Below are positions 10,768 through 20,893 of a stretch of 64,000 nucleotides of DNA, piece by piece (the first letter of the stretch is position 1; each line of letters starts with the position of its first letter). Both the position numbers and the translations under genes were made by a program. Origin of the DNA: a virus; the IMG/VR virus record IMGVR_UViG_3300034018_003010. One strand, 5' to 3'. Below the pieces are notes generated by a model that was given only the letters and a program-made list of their open reading frames with translations, did no database searches and was not told the DNA's origin.

Positions 10768-13700
10768 TATGTCAACACAGGCTTGTTCTTACGGAATAGA
10801 TTCTTCTGGTAATTTATTTTCATGGGGACCAAATGGCTACGGAACTATAGGCAATCAATCTGTTGTTACAAAAGCTATACCAACACCCACTTTAGGTACT
10901 GACTATTCATCTATTCTAACTTCATCTTTATCTGTATTTGCTCAAAAAACAGATGGAACAATTTGGTGTTGGGGCAAAAACACAAATGGACAGCTTGGAT
11001 TATCTAATGTTATACATAGGAGTAGCCCTGTATTTTTTTCTGCTTCTGGAGTATGGTCTAAAATAGAAAATGGATATAGTAATTCTCTTGGTATAAAAAC
11101 AGATGGAAGTCTTTGGGCATGGGGCAGAAATGATGCTGGGCAATTAGGAACAAATAATACAATCCACAGAAGCAGTCCTGTTCTAGTTTCAAATACAGGA
11201 ACATGGGTAGATGTGTCGTGTGACTATTACTCTTCATATGGAGTAAAAAGCGATGGAACACTTTGGGCATGGGGTACTGGATACAACTTTGCATGGGGAA
11301 ATGGGACAAATGTTGCCACAATAGTCCCCGGCAGAAGCTCAATGGTACAAATAGGAACCGCAACAGATTGGAGTAATGTTTCCACCGTATATGGGCTTGG
11401 TGGCATAGCTTTAAAGAAAGACGGAACTTTATGGAGTTGGGGTCAGGGTAGCGCAGGAAAAAATGGAAATAATTCTATGATGACAGCCAGCTCTCCAACC
11501 CAAGTTATTGGAAGTGGATATGCTTATGTAAAATCTTCTTGGTATACAGTATTAGCTAAAAAATCAGACAATACATATTGGATATGGGGACAAACATGGG
11601 ATGGCAGTTCTTCCACTTCAGTAAATAGAAGCAGCCCAGTACAAGTTGCAGGATCTAATTTCAGAAATTTAAGTTTTTCCAAACTTAATGTAGTTGGAAA
11701 TGGATGGCCAGCTTTTTATGGAATAGCTCCAGTTCCACCAATTGTAACAACAACATCTACAACAACAACATCTACAACAAGCACTACACCCGCAGCAGAA
11801 CAAGGCTTCTTAGTTTGGGGAAATAACACCGATGGTGTTTTGGGCATTGGAGATACAGTTCATAGAAGCAGAGGTGTTCAATTAGGAACAGATTCTCAAT
11901 GGAATTCTGGAAGAGTATTAAATTATTCAACATCTGGTAGCAACCATACATTAATTACTAAATGGGATGGAAGTCTTTGGGGTTGTGGAAATAATACATA
12001 TGGTCAAATTGGAGATGGAACTCTTGTTCATAGAAGCAGTCCTGTCCAAATTACTGGCGCATGGGCAAATGCTGTTTCAGGCGCTTTTTATACTGTTGGA
12101 GTCAAAACAGATGGAAGTATTTGGGCATGGGGAAGATCTATAGATGGATCTCTTGGAACTAATTTTGGGGCTGGAGATCAATACTATCCTTATAGAATTG
12201 GATTAGACTACACATGGTCAGGAAATCCTGCTCATTTAGATGCTTCAAGACATGTTGCAGCTATCAAAACTAATGGGACCCTATGGGCTTGGGGGTATAA
12301 CGGACTAGGACAATTAGGAAATGGAACAATAGCACACAGAAGTTCTCCAACGCAAATAGGAACAGAAACAACATGGGCTCAAGTTTCTGTTGGTGGGGCA
12401 GTAACTTCGCCATATCAATCTCATACTATTGCTGTTAAATCAGATGGAACTGCTTGGGCATGGGGTGCCAATTCAAGTGGTCAGCTAGGAAACAATTCTA
12501 TTATACATAGAAGTTCCCCTGTGCAAGTTTTAGGAACTGGCTACAAGTATGTAAAAGCAGGTTTTGGATTTTCTTTAGCTGTTAAAACAAATGGAAGTCT
12601 ATGGGGATGGGGGGACTACAACTATAGTGGAACCAATTATACGCCATTAAACTATGCAAATAGAAGTTCTCCGGTTCAATTGCTTGGAACTACTTCTTGG
12701 TCAACAAATCTCAGCGGATTTGATACTAAGTATATTTCAAGTGTTGGATTAAATAGCACCGGACCTCAAAACTTATGGAACTGGGGAAGTGGCACAGATG
12801 GTGCCCTTTATCAAATTTCTAATGTTGCCAACATATTTTCTCCTTTAGATTCTACATCATATCCATCTGGACTAAACCGGACTTGGAGTTCAGCCTATCA
12901 GGGCTATCAAAGAGGCGCAGCCGGGGCACTAGTATCTCTTAGTGCTTTTGGATTAATTGCTGATTGGGATCCAAGAAATTATGTTAGCGGAACCACTTGG
13001 ACAGATGCTTCTGGAACTGGAAATAATGCTACCATTTCTAATACAGACCTTCAAAATGGATTTGTTTTCAGGAATGAATATTCAGGATATTTTGCTGAAA
13101 CATCTACAGCCGGTTATTTATCAAACTCATTTCTTTATTACTATGGCACATATGGAGAGCCAATATACATAACCGGGACAAAGGCGTATTATTATAGCGA
13201 TGATGTAAGAGATCAATCTTTTGAAATTTGGGCAAGATTAAAGCCTTCAAATACTACCGAATCTATTGCTACCGTAGGACCATTTACGCTAAGACTAAAT
13301 TATGACCAACTAGTAGTTACATTAAATGGAACAACTATTATTACTCCAGCAAGTAAATATACCGACTGGATGTTCCATCAATTCACAGTCACAAATACTG
13401 GAACAACTACTAAACTTTATGTAGATGGATCTTTAGTTAGCACTGCTACAAATTCTGGCTTATATACTAGTGGAGGATATCTATCACTAGGAACAACTTC
13501 ATGCCATTTGGCGAAATTCAGAGCATGGTATGGAGTTGTAAGAACAGATGCCGAAATATTAGCTGATTATAATTCGTGGAAAGCAATAGCAAACTATCCT
13601 GTTTTAACCACAAGAAATACTTATAGCTATACTGGATCAGATCAAACATGGACATGCCCTGCTGGAGTAACAAGTATTTATGCTACTGCTATTGGAGCTA

Positions 13701-14524
13701 CGGGAGGAAGTCTAACTACTAGCCTTGGTACTAGTAGAGCTGGAAATGGAGGTTCAATAACAGGAAAACTAACAGTTACACCGGGTGTGACATATAGAAT
13801 TGTTGTTGGCAAATCAGGAGACTGGTCTTCTGGTTCGACTGCGCCATACGGATATGCCGGAAGTTTTTCTAATGCGGTAAATACAGGCATAACAGGATCT
13901 GTCGGAGCTTTTGGCGGAGGATTAGCAGGAATATTTGCAACTAGCGTTAGTCGAGCAAACGCTTTGTTAGTAGCTGGTGGTGGTGGTGGTGGACAAAGAC
14001 TGAATATTTATAACTGTTCAAGCCCTCTTGTTACTCAAAATTTCCAGGAAACAGGATGGGGGGCTGTAGGAAGTGGACCTGGAGGGTCTGGAAGAGCAGT
14101 AAATAATTATACTTCATGCGTAAACACAAGCACAAGAAATGGCGGAACTTTAACAGCTAACGGTGTAGGAACAGCTGGTATTATAGCTGGTGGTAGTGCT
14201 AGTGCTAGTGGATTGACAGGAGGAACAGGAATTGGATATTCCTCATATACTGATGGTTTGTCAGGAACTAATGTGCTATGGATGACGGGAGGAAGTGGTG
14301 GTGCTGGATATTATGGTGGAGCAGGTTCTACTTTAGTTTGTGCTAGTTATTATGATCCAGGTGGTTGTGGAGCCCCTCCTCCTTCCCGATGGGTTAGTGG
14401 CAGCGGCATCATTCCTTCTGGAGGAGGCTCAAGCTATTCCGCTGACGCTAATAGCGGACATGCATTCAGTAACAATGGCACCGCTCCTTGGGGATTTAAT
14501 GGATATGTTGTAATTTGTTACTAA
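10757..14524 (+). CDS. Continuation of giant protein A in the +1 frame (2 RCC1 propellers, LamG-like, Gly-rich domain); in-frame ATG at 10769
   Basis: It begins mid-RCC1 repeat (ACSYGIDSSGNLFSWG), completing the repeat that starts at the end of the upstream ORF, and it lacks the shared N-domain. Confidence 0.8.
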   Translation: MVLNMSTQACSYGIDSSGNLFSWGPNGYGTIGNQSVVTKAIPTPTLGTDYSSILTSSLSVFAQKTDGTIWCWGKNTNGQLGLSNVIHRSSPVFFSASGVWSKIENGYSNSLGIKTDGSLWAWGRNDAGQLGTNNTIHRSSPVLVSNTGTWVDVSCDYYSSYGVKSDGTLWAWGTGYNFAWGNGTNVATIVPGRSSMVQIGTATDWSNVSTVYGLGGIALKKDGTLWSWGQGSAGKNGNNSMMTASSPTQVIGSGYAYVKSSWYTVLAKKSDNTYWIWGQTWDGSSSTSVNRSSPVQVAGSNFRNLSFSKLNVVGNGWPAFYGIAPVPPIVTTTSTTTTSTTSTTPAAEQGFLVWGNNTDGVLGIGDTVHRSRGVQLGTDSQWNSGRVLNYSTSGSNHTLITKWDGSLWGCGNNTYGQIGDGTLVHRSSPVQITGAWANAVSGAFYTVGVKTDGSIWAWGRSIDGSLGTNFGAGDQYYPYRIGLDYTWSGNPAHLDASRHVAAIKTNGTLWAWGYNGLGQLGNGTIAHRSSPTQIGTETTWAQVSVGGAVTSPYQSHTIAVKSDGTAWAWGANSSGQLGNNSIIHRSSPVQVLGTGYKYVKAGFGFSLAVKTNGSLWGWGDYNYSGTNYTPLNYANRSSPVQLLGTTSWSTNLSGFDTKYISSVGLNSTGPQNLWNWGSGTDGALYQISNVANIFSPLDSTSYPSGLNRTWSSAYQGYQRGAAGALVSLSAFGLIADWDPRNYVSGTTWTDASGTGNNATISNTDLQNGFVFRNEYSGYFAETSTAGYLSNSFLYYYGTYGEPIYITGTKAYYYSDDVRDQSFEIWARLKPSNTTESIATVGPFTLRLNYDQLVVTLNGTTIITPASKYTDWMFHQFTVTNTGTTTKLYVDGSLVSTATNSGLYTSGGYLSLGTTSCHLAKFRAWYGVVRTDAEILADYNSWKAIANYPVLTTRNTYSYTGSDQTWTCPAGVTSIYATAIGATGGSLTTSLGTSRAGNGGSITGKLTVTPGVTYRIVVGKSGDWSSGSTAPYGYAGSFSNAVNTGITGSVGAFGGGLAGIFATSVSRANALLVAGGGGGGQRLNIYNCSSPLVTQNFQETGWGAVGSGPGGSGRAVNNYTSCVNTSTRNGGTLTANGVGTAGIIAGGSASASGLTGGTGIGYSSYTDGLSGTNVLWMTGGSGGAGYYGGAGSTLVCASYYDPGGCGAPPPSRWVSGSGIIPSGGGSSYSADANSGHAFSNNGTAPWGFNGYVVICY

Positions 14525-14550
14525 AAAATTAAAAATATTAATATTAATTT

Positions 14551-14580
14551 AATTCCCAGCCTAGGCTGGGAATTTTTTTT
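14551..14580 (+). terminator. Intrinsic terminator
   Basis: Perfect palindrome aattcccagcctaggctgggaatt followed by a T run, after stop 14524. Confidence 0.85.
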
Positions 14581-14588
14581 AAATGGCG

Positions 14589-14596
14589 AATAAATA
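14589..14596 (+). promoter_or_regulatory. Late-promoter-like motif AATAAATA
   Basis: Lies 6 nt before ATG 14603, just after a terminator; no SD. Confidence 0.6.
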
Positions 14597-14602
14597 CTTA
14601 TT

Positions 14603-17600
14603 ATGACAGGCGAATACCCACAAATCACATTCCGTGTAAAACCAGTTTTTACAAACCTTTATAACTATCCACTACCAGGGACTGATAGAGTTCAGACTTG
14701 GTATCAATTAGAAGATGGGGCAATTTGGGTTGATTATGTGCCTTATAGATTAAGAAGTGGAAATTCTTTTAATTTATATGGAGCACAAGCTTTAGATGTT
14801 TATACAAGATATATTTTAAAAACTATACCAGGCGATAGAATATTAGAATTTGATTATTTTGGAAAAGTAATAGATAATTCTTCAAATTTAGTAATTTTAA
14901 ATGATGTTTTGCCAACTGGAGCTGCATTTGTTCCATATAGTAAAATACTTCAAACACAAAATACAAGCCAACCTTTAGAATGGAAAATAACATCTGGAAA
15001 ACTTCCATTAGGAATGTATTTAGATTCTTCTACTGGAGAACTTTATGGAACCCCATTAGTATCTGGAATGTATCCATTTACAATAAGTCTGACAGATAGT
15101 TCTATTCCGCCAATTTATGATAGCAGGCCATATTTATTAAGAATTGCTTCAAGTTCAACAACAACAGTTCCTACACAAATACAGCAAAATGGAGTTCAAA
15201 CAGCACTTCCCGGCGGAGTTGTTGCTGTTGGATCTGCGGGAGATGTTTTAACCTATACAACAAATTATACTGTTGGAAACACGACTACAACAACAGTTAC
15301 TATTCTAGGAAATTTAGCATTAACTTTAACTCATTCTGATTCTTATAACGGACAAACATTTACATATGTTCACCAAGGAATAACATATATTGGTACATTT
15401 GGAGCCGCAAACGTATTTGGTGTTGTAACAACAACAACAACTCCTGCCCCAACAGTTTTTGTAATTACTTCTACTGGAACTCCTTTGAGTGCTCCAGGAA
15501 ATTTAACGGTTACAGGAATTGCAACAAATACTTTAACATATACAGCTATTAACACAACAACTGGATCTACATGCACAACAACAGCTTCAATTAGTGGAAT
15601 AAATGTTTTAACTATTTCTAATGATGTAATTTATAGCGGACAGCAGTTCTCATTTAACTATTTTGGAACAATTTATACTGGAACTTTTTGCATAAATAAT
15701 ACATTTTTACCAACTACAACAACTAGCACAACAACTCCAAATCCTTTATTTACAACAACCACCACAACAACTACTACAACTACTAGCACAACAACCACTA
15801 CTACTACAACCACAACTACTACTACTGCATCTCCAGCAACAACCACTAGCACAACCACTGCATCTCCAGTAACCACCACCACTACTACAACTATTGTTCC
15901 AGTAACTACAACTACAACTACTACAATAGTTCCAGTAACAACTACTACAACTACTACAACTATTGTTCCAGTAACTACAACAACAACCACCACAATAGTT
16001 CCAGTAACTACAACAACTAGCACAACTAGTGCTCCAACAACCAGTACAACTAGTGCTCCAACAACTACTACAACTATTGCCCCAACAACTACTACAACTA
16101 GTGCCCCAACAACCAGCACTACAACTAGCGCTCCAACAACCAGCACTACAACTAGCGCTCCAACAACAACCAGTAGCACAACTAGCACAACAACAACGCC
16201 AATTCCTTCATGCTTATCAAGTACTCAATCAGTAATAGTAATAAACTGGTCTGGACAAAACACATATGTATTTGGTGGCACAATTGGATTCTTTGGCGTA
16301 AATACTGGTGTTTATCAATTTACAAGCGTACCTTCTACACATCCAATAGCATTCTTAAACAACTCCATAGGAAATGTTTCTTACACAGGAACTGTTCTTG
16401 CAGGATCTGGAATAGCCCCAGATGGAAACACTTATAACTTCTACTCTGGAACTGTAACTTTAACTGTAACAGGTTCTTTTGGCAGATTAAGCTATGCTTG
16501 CTTGAATCACGGCTACATGGGTGGCCAAGACAATATAACATTCACAACATATTGTGTGTCTCCAACCACAACTACTACAACCACACCAGTTCCAACTACA
16601 ACCACTACTACAACTACGCCCTCACCTACTACCACAACAACCACCACAACAACCACAACAACCACCACAACAACACCCGCACCTACTACAACAACCACTA
16701 CAACCACAACTACTTCAACCACAACTACTTCAACCACCACCACGCCAGCACCTACCACAACAACCACTTCAACCACAACAACCACAACTACTACAACAAC
16801 ACCAGCTCCTACAACTACTAGTACAACCACTTCTACCACTACAACATCAGCACCTACTACCACAACCACAACTACAACCACTTCAACCACAACTACAACA
16901 ACCACTACAACAACACCAGCACCTACTACCACAACAACAACTACAACCACAACTACTACAACAACACCAGCACCTACTACCACAACAACTACTACAACAA
17001 CCACTACAACAACACCAGCACCTACTACCACAACTACTACTACAACTACCACGTCAACATCTACTACAACAACTACAACCGATGTACCTTCTGGATCTTT
17101 ATATTTAATGGGATTGAATGGAAGCGGTCAGATAGGAGATGGAACTGCTATAAGCAGAAGCATTCCGACTCAAGTGTTGGGTTCAGGAGCATGGAAAATA
17201 TTAGGAGATAATGGATATTCAACATCAGTATTTAATGCAGGCATTAAAAATGATAACACTTTGTGGTTATGGGGAAATGGCAATTACATAGCACAGAATT
17301 CAAATGTAGGCAATAAATCTTCTCCAGTTCAAATATATGGCGGAGGCACATGGACTGATGTCGCCCAAACATACCGTACCGGAGCGGCTGTAAAATCAGA
17401 TGGCACTTTATGGACATGGGGAGATAACTATTGGGGAGCTATAGGTCGCTATGGGCTAGCTTACAACAGCTTTATTTATTCGCCTGTACAAACAACTCTA
17501 GGCGGAAGCACATGGAGCAAAGTTGCTGGTGGATATGGTCAAGTATTTGCAATAAAAACTGATGGAACACTATGGGCTTGGGGCGCAAATGGAGGCGGAA

Positions 17601-20446
17601 CTCTTGGACTTGGATTTGTTGGCGGACAAGGATATGGAGGCATGTTTTCCCCAGTTCAAGTAGGAACAGATACAACATGGAAAATGGTTGGATCACTTTA
17701 TGCTGGTGGAATTGCAATCAAACAAGACAATACATTATGGATATGGGGAAATAATAACAATGGTCAGTTAGGACAAGGAAATATCATAAACAGAAGCTCG
17801 CCTGTTCAAGTTGGAACAGGAACAGATTGGGCTTTTGTCCCAAAAACAGCATCGGGAATAACTAGCTCTGCTTTTGCAATTAAAAATGATGGTTCTCTTT
17901 GGGGTTGGGGCGGAAACAACAGTGGGCAATTAGCTCAAAATAACACAGCAGATATAAGCTCTCCTGTTCAAATTACTGGTACATGGAGCAAAGTAACCTA
18001 CAACCGTTCTGTTATAGGACTAAAAACAGATGGAAGCTTATGGGCTTGGGGACATAACTCATATGGCACCATAGGAGATAACACAAAGATACATAGAAGC
18101 TCTCCAGTGCAAACAACTCTTGCAGATACAAACTGGATAAATGTTGTTGGATTTGGTGGAATTAGAGCTACAACCACATCTACTACAACTACATCTACTA
18201 CAAGTACATCTACAACATCCACTACATCAACAACACAGGCTCCTGGTGCGCTATATACATGGGGCTATAGACATCTTGGATCTTCAGGGGATAATAATAA
18301 CACTGTAATATATCAGTCTCCAACACAAATAATTGATGCAAGTCAATACCAAGATTTGCCACCTAACACGAGTGGATACGGATCATGTTTTGCCATAAAA
18401 CCAGATGGAACATTATGGGCTTGGGGATTGAACTCTTATTATGGAGCACTTGGAGATGGAACATTAGAAAATAGATCTTCACCTATTCAAATCACCTCAA
18501 ATACATGGAATATGGTATCTTCAAGTTCGCTTGCAACTCTTGCTATAAAATCTGATAATACATTGTGGGGATGGGGAGGCGGAGCATTCCTGCCCAACAA
18601 TTCTAATACTAGCTATAGCTCTCCCATACAAATTGGAACAGATACATGGAGATATGTTAATACTGGAGGACAAACCGGGGCAGGAATAAAAACAGATGGT
18701 ACTTTGTGGCTTTGGGGAGGCAATCAGAATGGACAACTTGGCAATAATCAGGTATCATATAATACGCAAAGTTCTCCAACACAAACAGTTGCTGGAGGAA
18801 ATAATTGGATTTTTGTTAATGTTAGTGGCGATGGGGTTGTTCATGCCATAAAATCTGATACAAATTTATGGGCTTGGGGGAATAATTCTTGGGGGCAAAT
18901 TGGAAACAATACTAGTTATGTAAGTTATTCAAGTCCTATACAAATAGGAGCATCTGGTTGGGCTTATGTAAGCTCAACCAAATATCATGTACTTGCTGTA
19001 AAAACCAATGGCACATTATGGGCATGGGGTTATAATGCCTATGGAATTTTAGGTTTAAATACAGATACTCCTTATTCAGGGGTTAGCTCTCCTATCCAAG
19101 TAGGAACAGACACAAATTGGAAAAAGTCTACTGCTCTAGACTATTCATCCGCAGCAACAAAAACGGATGGCACATTATGGGCATGGGGTTCAAATTATTA
19201 TAACCAAACTGGAAACCCATATGCAGGATACGCACTTTCATCTCCAATACAAACATTAGCAAATGATAATTTATGGATTGATATATCTGGTAATAGTTAT
19301 GGAGTTTATGCAACTAGAAGTGCTGGATATGTAGCTACTACACCTTCGCCTACGACTAGCACTACTACAACGACTCCACAACCAGGAAGTTTATTAGGAA
19401 TGGGAGTTAATTCTTATGGTCAAATTGGGAATAACACAACAAATTCACAATCTTTCCCAACACAAGAAATTACAAATTCATCATGGTCAAAATTACCAAG
19501 TGGCAGCTATCTTTATTCCGCTTATGTAGGCATGGGCGGAATAAAAACAGATGGCACTCTTTGGACATGGGGATATATTTGGGATTCTGGTTCTATTGTT
19601 CACAGGTCTTCTCCTGTACAAATAAGTACAGGTGGAACATGGACAGATTTTTCAATATCTGGTTATTCAGTTAATGCTGTTAAGTCTAATGGAACATTGT
19701 GGGCGTGGGGACAATTACCAGGAAACAGTAATAACTCTAGCCCAACACAAATTGGAACAGACACAGACTGGAAATATGTGTTTAGAAATTCATATGTTTC
19801 TGCTGCAATTAAAAATGATGATACTGCATATTTATGGGGATCCGATATATCTTATGGATTATTTGGTGACAATACAGCAACTAATTCATCTAAATTAATA
19901 CCGACACAAACAATAACTGGTTCTTGGAAGATGATTGTTGGTGGCAATGCTATGTTTGGAATAAAAACAGATGGAACATTATGGTCTTGGGGATACAATG
20001 CCTATGGACGACTTGGATTAAATGATACAATAAACAGAAGTTCTCCAACACAAATAAGCGGGTCTTATACATATGTTTCATCAGATGGATATAGTGTATA
20101 TATGGCTGTAAAATCTGATGGAACATTATGGGGATGGGGCAACGGACAATCTATAATAAATGCTATAGCTTTCAATGGTGGTTTCTATCAATATCAAGGT
20201 TATAGTTCTCCAATTCAACTATTTTCATCAACAGGATGGACCAAAGTACTTGGTTTTAATGATAGTTCAATTGCTTTGAAATCAGATGGAACAGCATGGA
20301 CATGGGGATATAATAGGTATGGACTGGCTGGAAATGGCAAGATAGTTCCATTCTACGCATCTACATATAGTCCTGTGCAGGTAAACTATACCGGCTGGTC
20401 AGATATTTACTCCAATAGAGATACAAACTTTGGATTGTTTAATTGA
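14603..20446 (+). CDS. Giant modular virion surface protein B (shared N-domain, Ig, 2x ~85-aa repeat, cupredoxin-like domain, poly-Thr linkers, 3 RCC1 propellers)
   Basis: Paralog of 1582: MTGEYPQITFRVKP vs MLGEYPQISFRVRP. It has RCC1 repeats and the STHP...YACLNHGYMGG motif. Confidence 0.85.
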   Translation: MTGEYPQITFRVKPVFTNLYNYPLPGTDRVQTWYQLEDGAIWVDYVPYRLRSGNSFNLYGAQALDVYTRYILKTIPGDRILEFDYFGKVIDNSSNLVILNDVLPTGAAFVPYSKILQTQNTSQPLEWKITSGKLPLGMYLDSSTGELYGTPLVSGMYPFTISLTDSSIPPIYDSRPYLLRIASSSTTTVPTQIQQNGVQTALPGGVVAVGSAGDVLTYTTNYTVGNTTTTTVTILGNLALTLTHSDSYNGQTFTYVHQGITYIGTFGAANVFGVVTTTTTPAPTVFVITSTGTPLSAPGNLTVTGIATNTLTYTAINTTTGSTCTTTASISGINVLTISNDVIYSGQQFSFNYFGTIYTGTFCINNTFLPTTTTSTTTPNPLFTTTTTTTTTTTSTTTTTTTTTTTTTASPATTTSTTTASPVTTTTTTTIVPVTTTTTTTIVPVTTTTTTTTIVPVTTTTTTTIVPVTTTTSTTSAPTTSTTSAPTTTTTIAPTTTTTSAPTTSTTTSAPTTSTTTSAPTTTSSTTSTTTTPIPSCLSSTQSVIVINWSGQNTYVFGGTIGFFGVNTGVYQFTSVPSTHPIAFLNNSIGNVSYTGTVLAGSGIAPDGNTYNFYSGTVTLTVTGSFGRLSYACLNHGYMGGQDNITFTTYCVSPTTTTTTTPVPTTTTTTTTPSPTTTTTTTTTTTTTTTTPAPTTTTTTTTTTSTTTTSTTTTPAPTTTTTSTTTTTTTTTTPAPTTTSTTTSTTTTSAPTTTTTTTTTSTTTTTTTTTTPAPTTTTTTTTTTTTTTPAPTTTTTTTTTTTTTPAPTTTTTTTTTTSTSTTTTTTDVPSGSLYLMGLNGSGQIGDGTAISRSIPTQVLGSGAWKILGDNGYSTSVFNAGIKNDNTLWLWGNGNYIAQNSNVGNKSSPVQIYGGGTWTDVAQTYRTGAAVKSDGTLWTWGDNYWGAIGRYGLAYNSFIYSPVQTTLGGSTWSKVAGGYGQVFAIKTDGTLWAWGANGGGTLGLGFVGGQGYGGMFSPVQVGTDTTWKMVGSLYAGGIAIKQDNTLWIWGNNNNGQLGQGNIINRSSPVQVGTGTDWAFVPKTASGITSSAFAIKNDGSLWGWGGNNSGQLAQNNTADISSPVQITGTWSKVTYNRSVIGLKTDGSLWAWGHNSYGTIGDNTKIHRSSPVQTTLADTNWINVVGFGGIRATTTSTTTTSTTSTSTTSTTSTTQAPGALYTWGYRHLGSSGDNNNTVIYQSPTQIIDASQYQDLPPNTSGYGSCFAIKPDGTLWAWGLNSYYGALGDGTLENRSSPIQITSNTWNMVSSSSLATLAIKSDNTLWGWGGGAFLPNNSNTSYSSPIQIGTDTWRYVNTGGQTGAGIKTDGTLWLWGGNQNGQLGNNQVSYNTQSSPTQTVAGGNNWIFVNVSGDGVVHAIKSDTNLWAWGNNSWGQIGNNTSYVSYSSPIQIGASGWAYVSSTKYHVLAVKTNGTLWAWGYNAYGILGLNTDTPYSGVSSPIQVGTDTNWKKSTALDYSSAATKTDGTLWAWGSNYYNQTGNPYAGYALSSPIQTLANDNLWIDISGNSYGVYATRSAGYVATTPSPTTSTTTTTPQPGSLLGMGVNSYGQIGNNTTNSQSFPTQEITNSSWSKLPSGSYLYSAYVGMGGIKTDGTLWTWGYIWDSGSIVHRSSPVQISTGGTWTDFSISGYSVNAVKSNGTLWAWGQLPGNSNNSSPTQIGTDTDWKYVFRNSYVSAAIKNDDTAYLWGSDISYGLFGDNTATNSSKLIPTQTITGSWKMIVGGNAMFGIKTDGTLWSWGYNAYGRLGLNDTINRSSPTQISGSYTYVSSDGYSVYMAVKSDGTLWGWGNGQSIINAIAFNGGFYQYQGYSSPIQLFSSTGWTKVLGFNDSSIALKSDGTAWTWGYNRYGLAGNGKIVPFYASTYSPVQVNYTGWSDIYSNRDTNFGLFN

Positions 20447-20491
20447 TATTAAACTAAAACTGAAGTCCGTTGTTTTCTTGGCTCAAGGATC
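20443..20491 (-). mobile_element. Degenerate copy of the ~50-bp IS200/IS605-end-like mini-element
   Basis: The reverse complement gatccttgagccaagaaaacaacggacttcagttttagtttaatatcaa keeps GATC, GAGCCAAGAA, GACTTCAG and the terminal TCAA of the copies at 46995 and 50457. Confidence 0.55.
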
Positions 20492-20498
20492 AAAATCT

Positions 20499-20533
20499 AA
20501 AAACCTCTAGAGATAGTTCTCTGGGGGTTTTTT
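20499..20533 (+). terminator. Intrinsic terminator
   Basis: Hairpin aaaaacctctagaga-tagt-tctctgggggttttt with a U-tract. Confidence 0.75.
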
Positions 20534-20553
20534 GCTTAAAGCATATATATTTT

Positions 20554-20826
20554 ATGTCAAATTCATATCCACAAATTACATTTTTAGTAGACCCAGATAT
20601 TTCTGAAATTGATTCTTATTCAATGCCAGATGTGAATAGAGAAAATCTTGTTTATCAATTAAATTCAAAGATATATTGGATTGAAAATTTTTCTTATAGT
20701 GTAAAAAAAGGAGATTCTTTTACATTGTATGGAGAAGAAGCACTAAGAGTTTATAAAAATTATATACAAAACAATACAAATGGAAATATTTTAAAAGTAA
20801 CATATTATGGTGTTCCAGAAATTTAA
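20554..20826 (+). CDS. Stand-alone 90-aa version of the shared N-terminal (putative virion-anchor/decoration) domain
   Basis: MSNSYPQITFLV...W...KGDSFTLYGEEALRVYKNYI...ILKVTYYG aligns with the N-termini of 1582, 14603 and 20894. The start is moved from the 20470 TTG to ATG 20554, which is preceded by CATATATA. Confidence 0.8.
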   Translation: MSNSYPQITFLVDPDISEIDSYSMPDVNRENLVYQLNSKIYWIENFSYSVKKGDSFTLYGEEALRVYKNYIQNNTNGNILKVTYYGVPEI

Positions 20827-20893
20827 AGTTCTAATCAGCTATTAATTAACTCAATCTTGTTAAAAATTTTACTTCTTGTCGATAAATAAAATT

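Noticed and set aside
4500-20446. Diversity-generating retroelement acting on the RCC1/LamG proteins
   Set aside because: There is no reverse transcriptase in the window, and I found no TR/VR pair differing only at adenines; the repeats diverge at all bases.
20470-20553. N-terminal extension MFSWLKDQ... of the 118-aa ORF
   Set aside because: It runs through the mini-element and a terminator; homology with the paralogs starts at ATG 20554.
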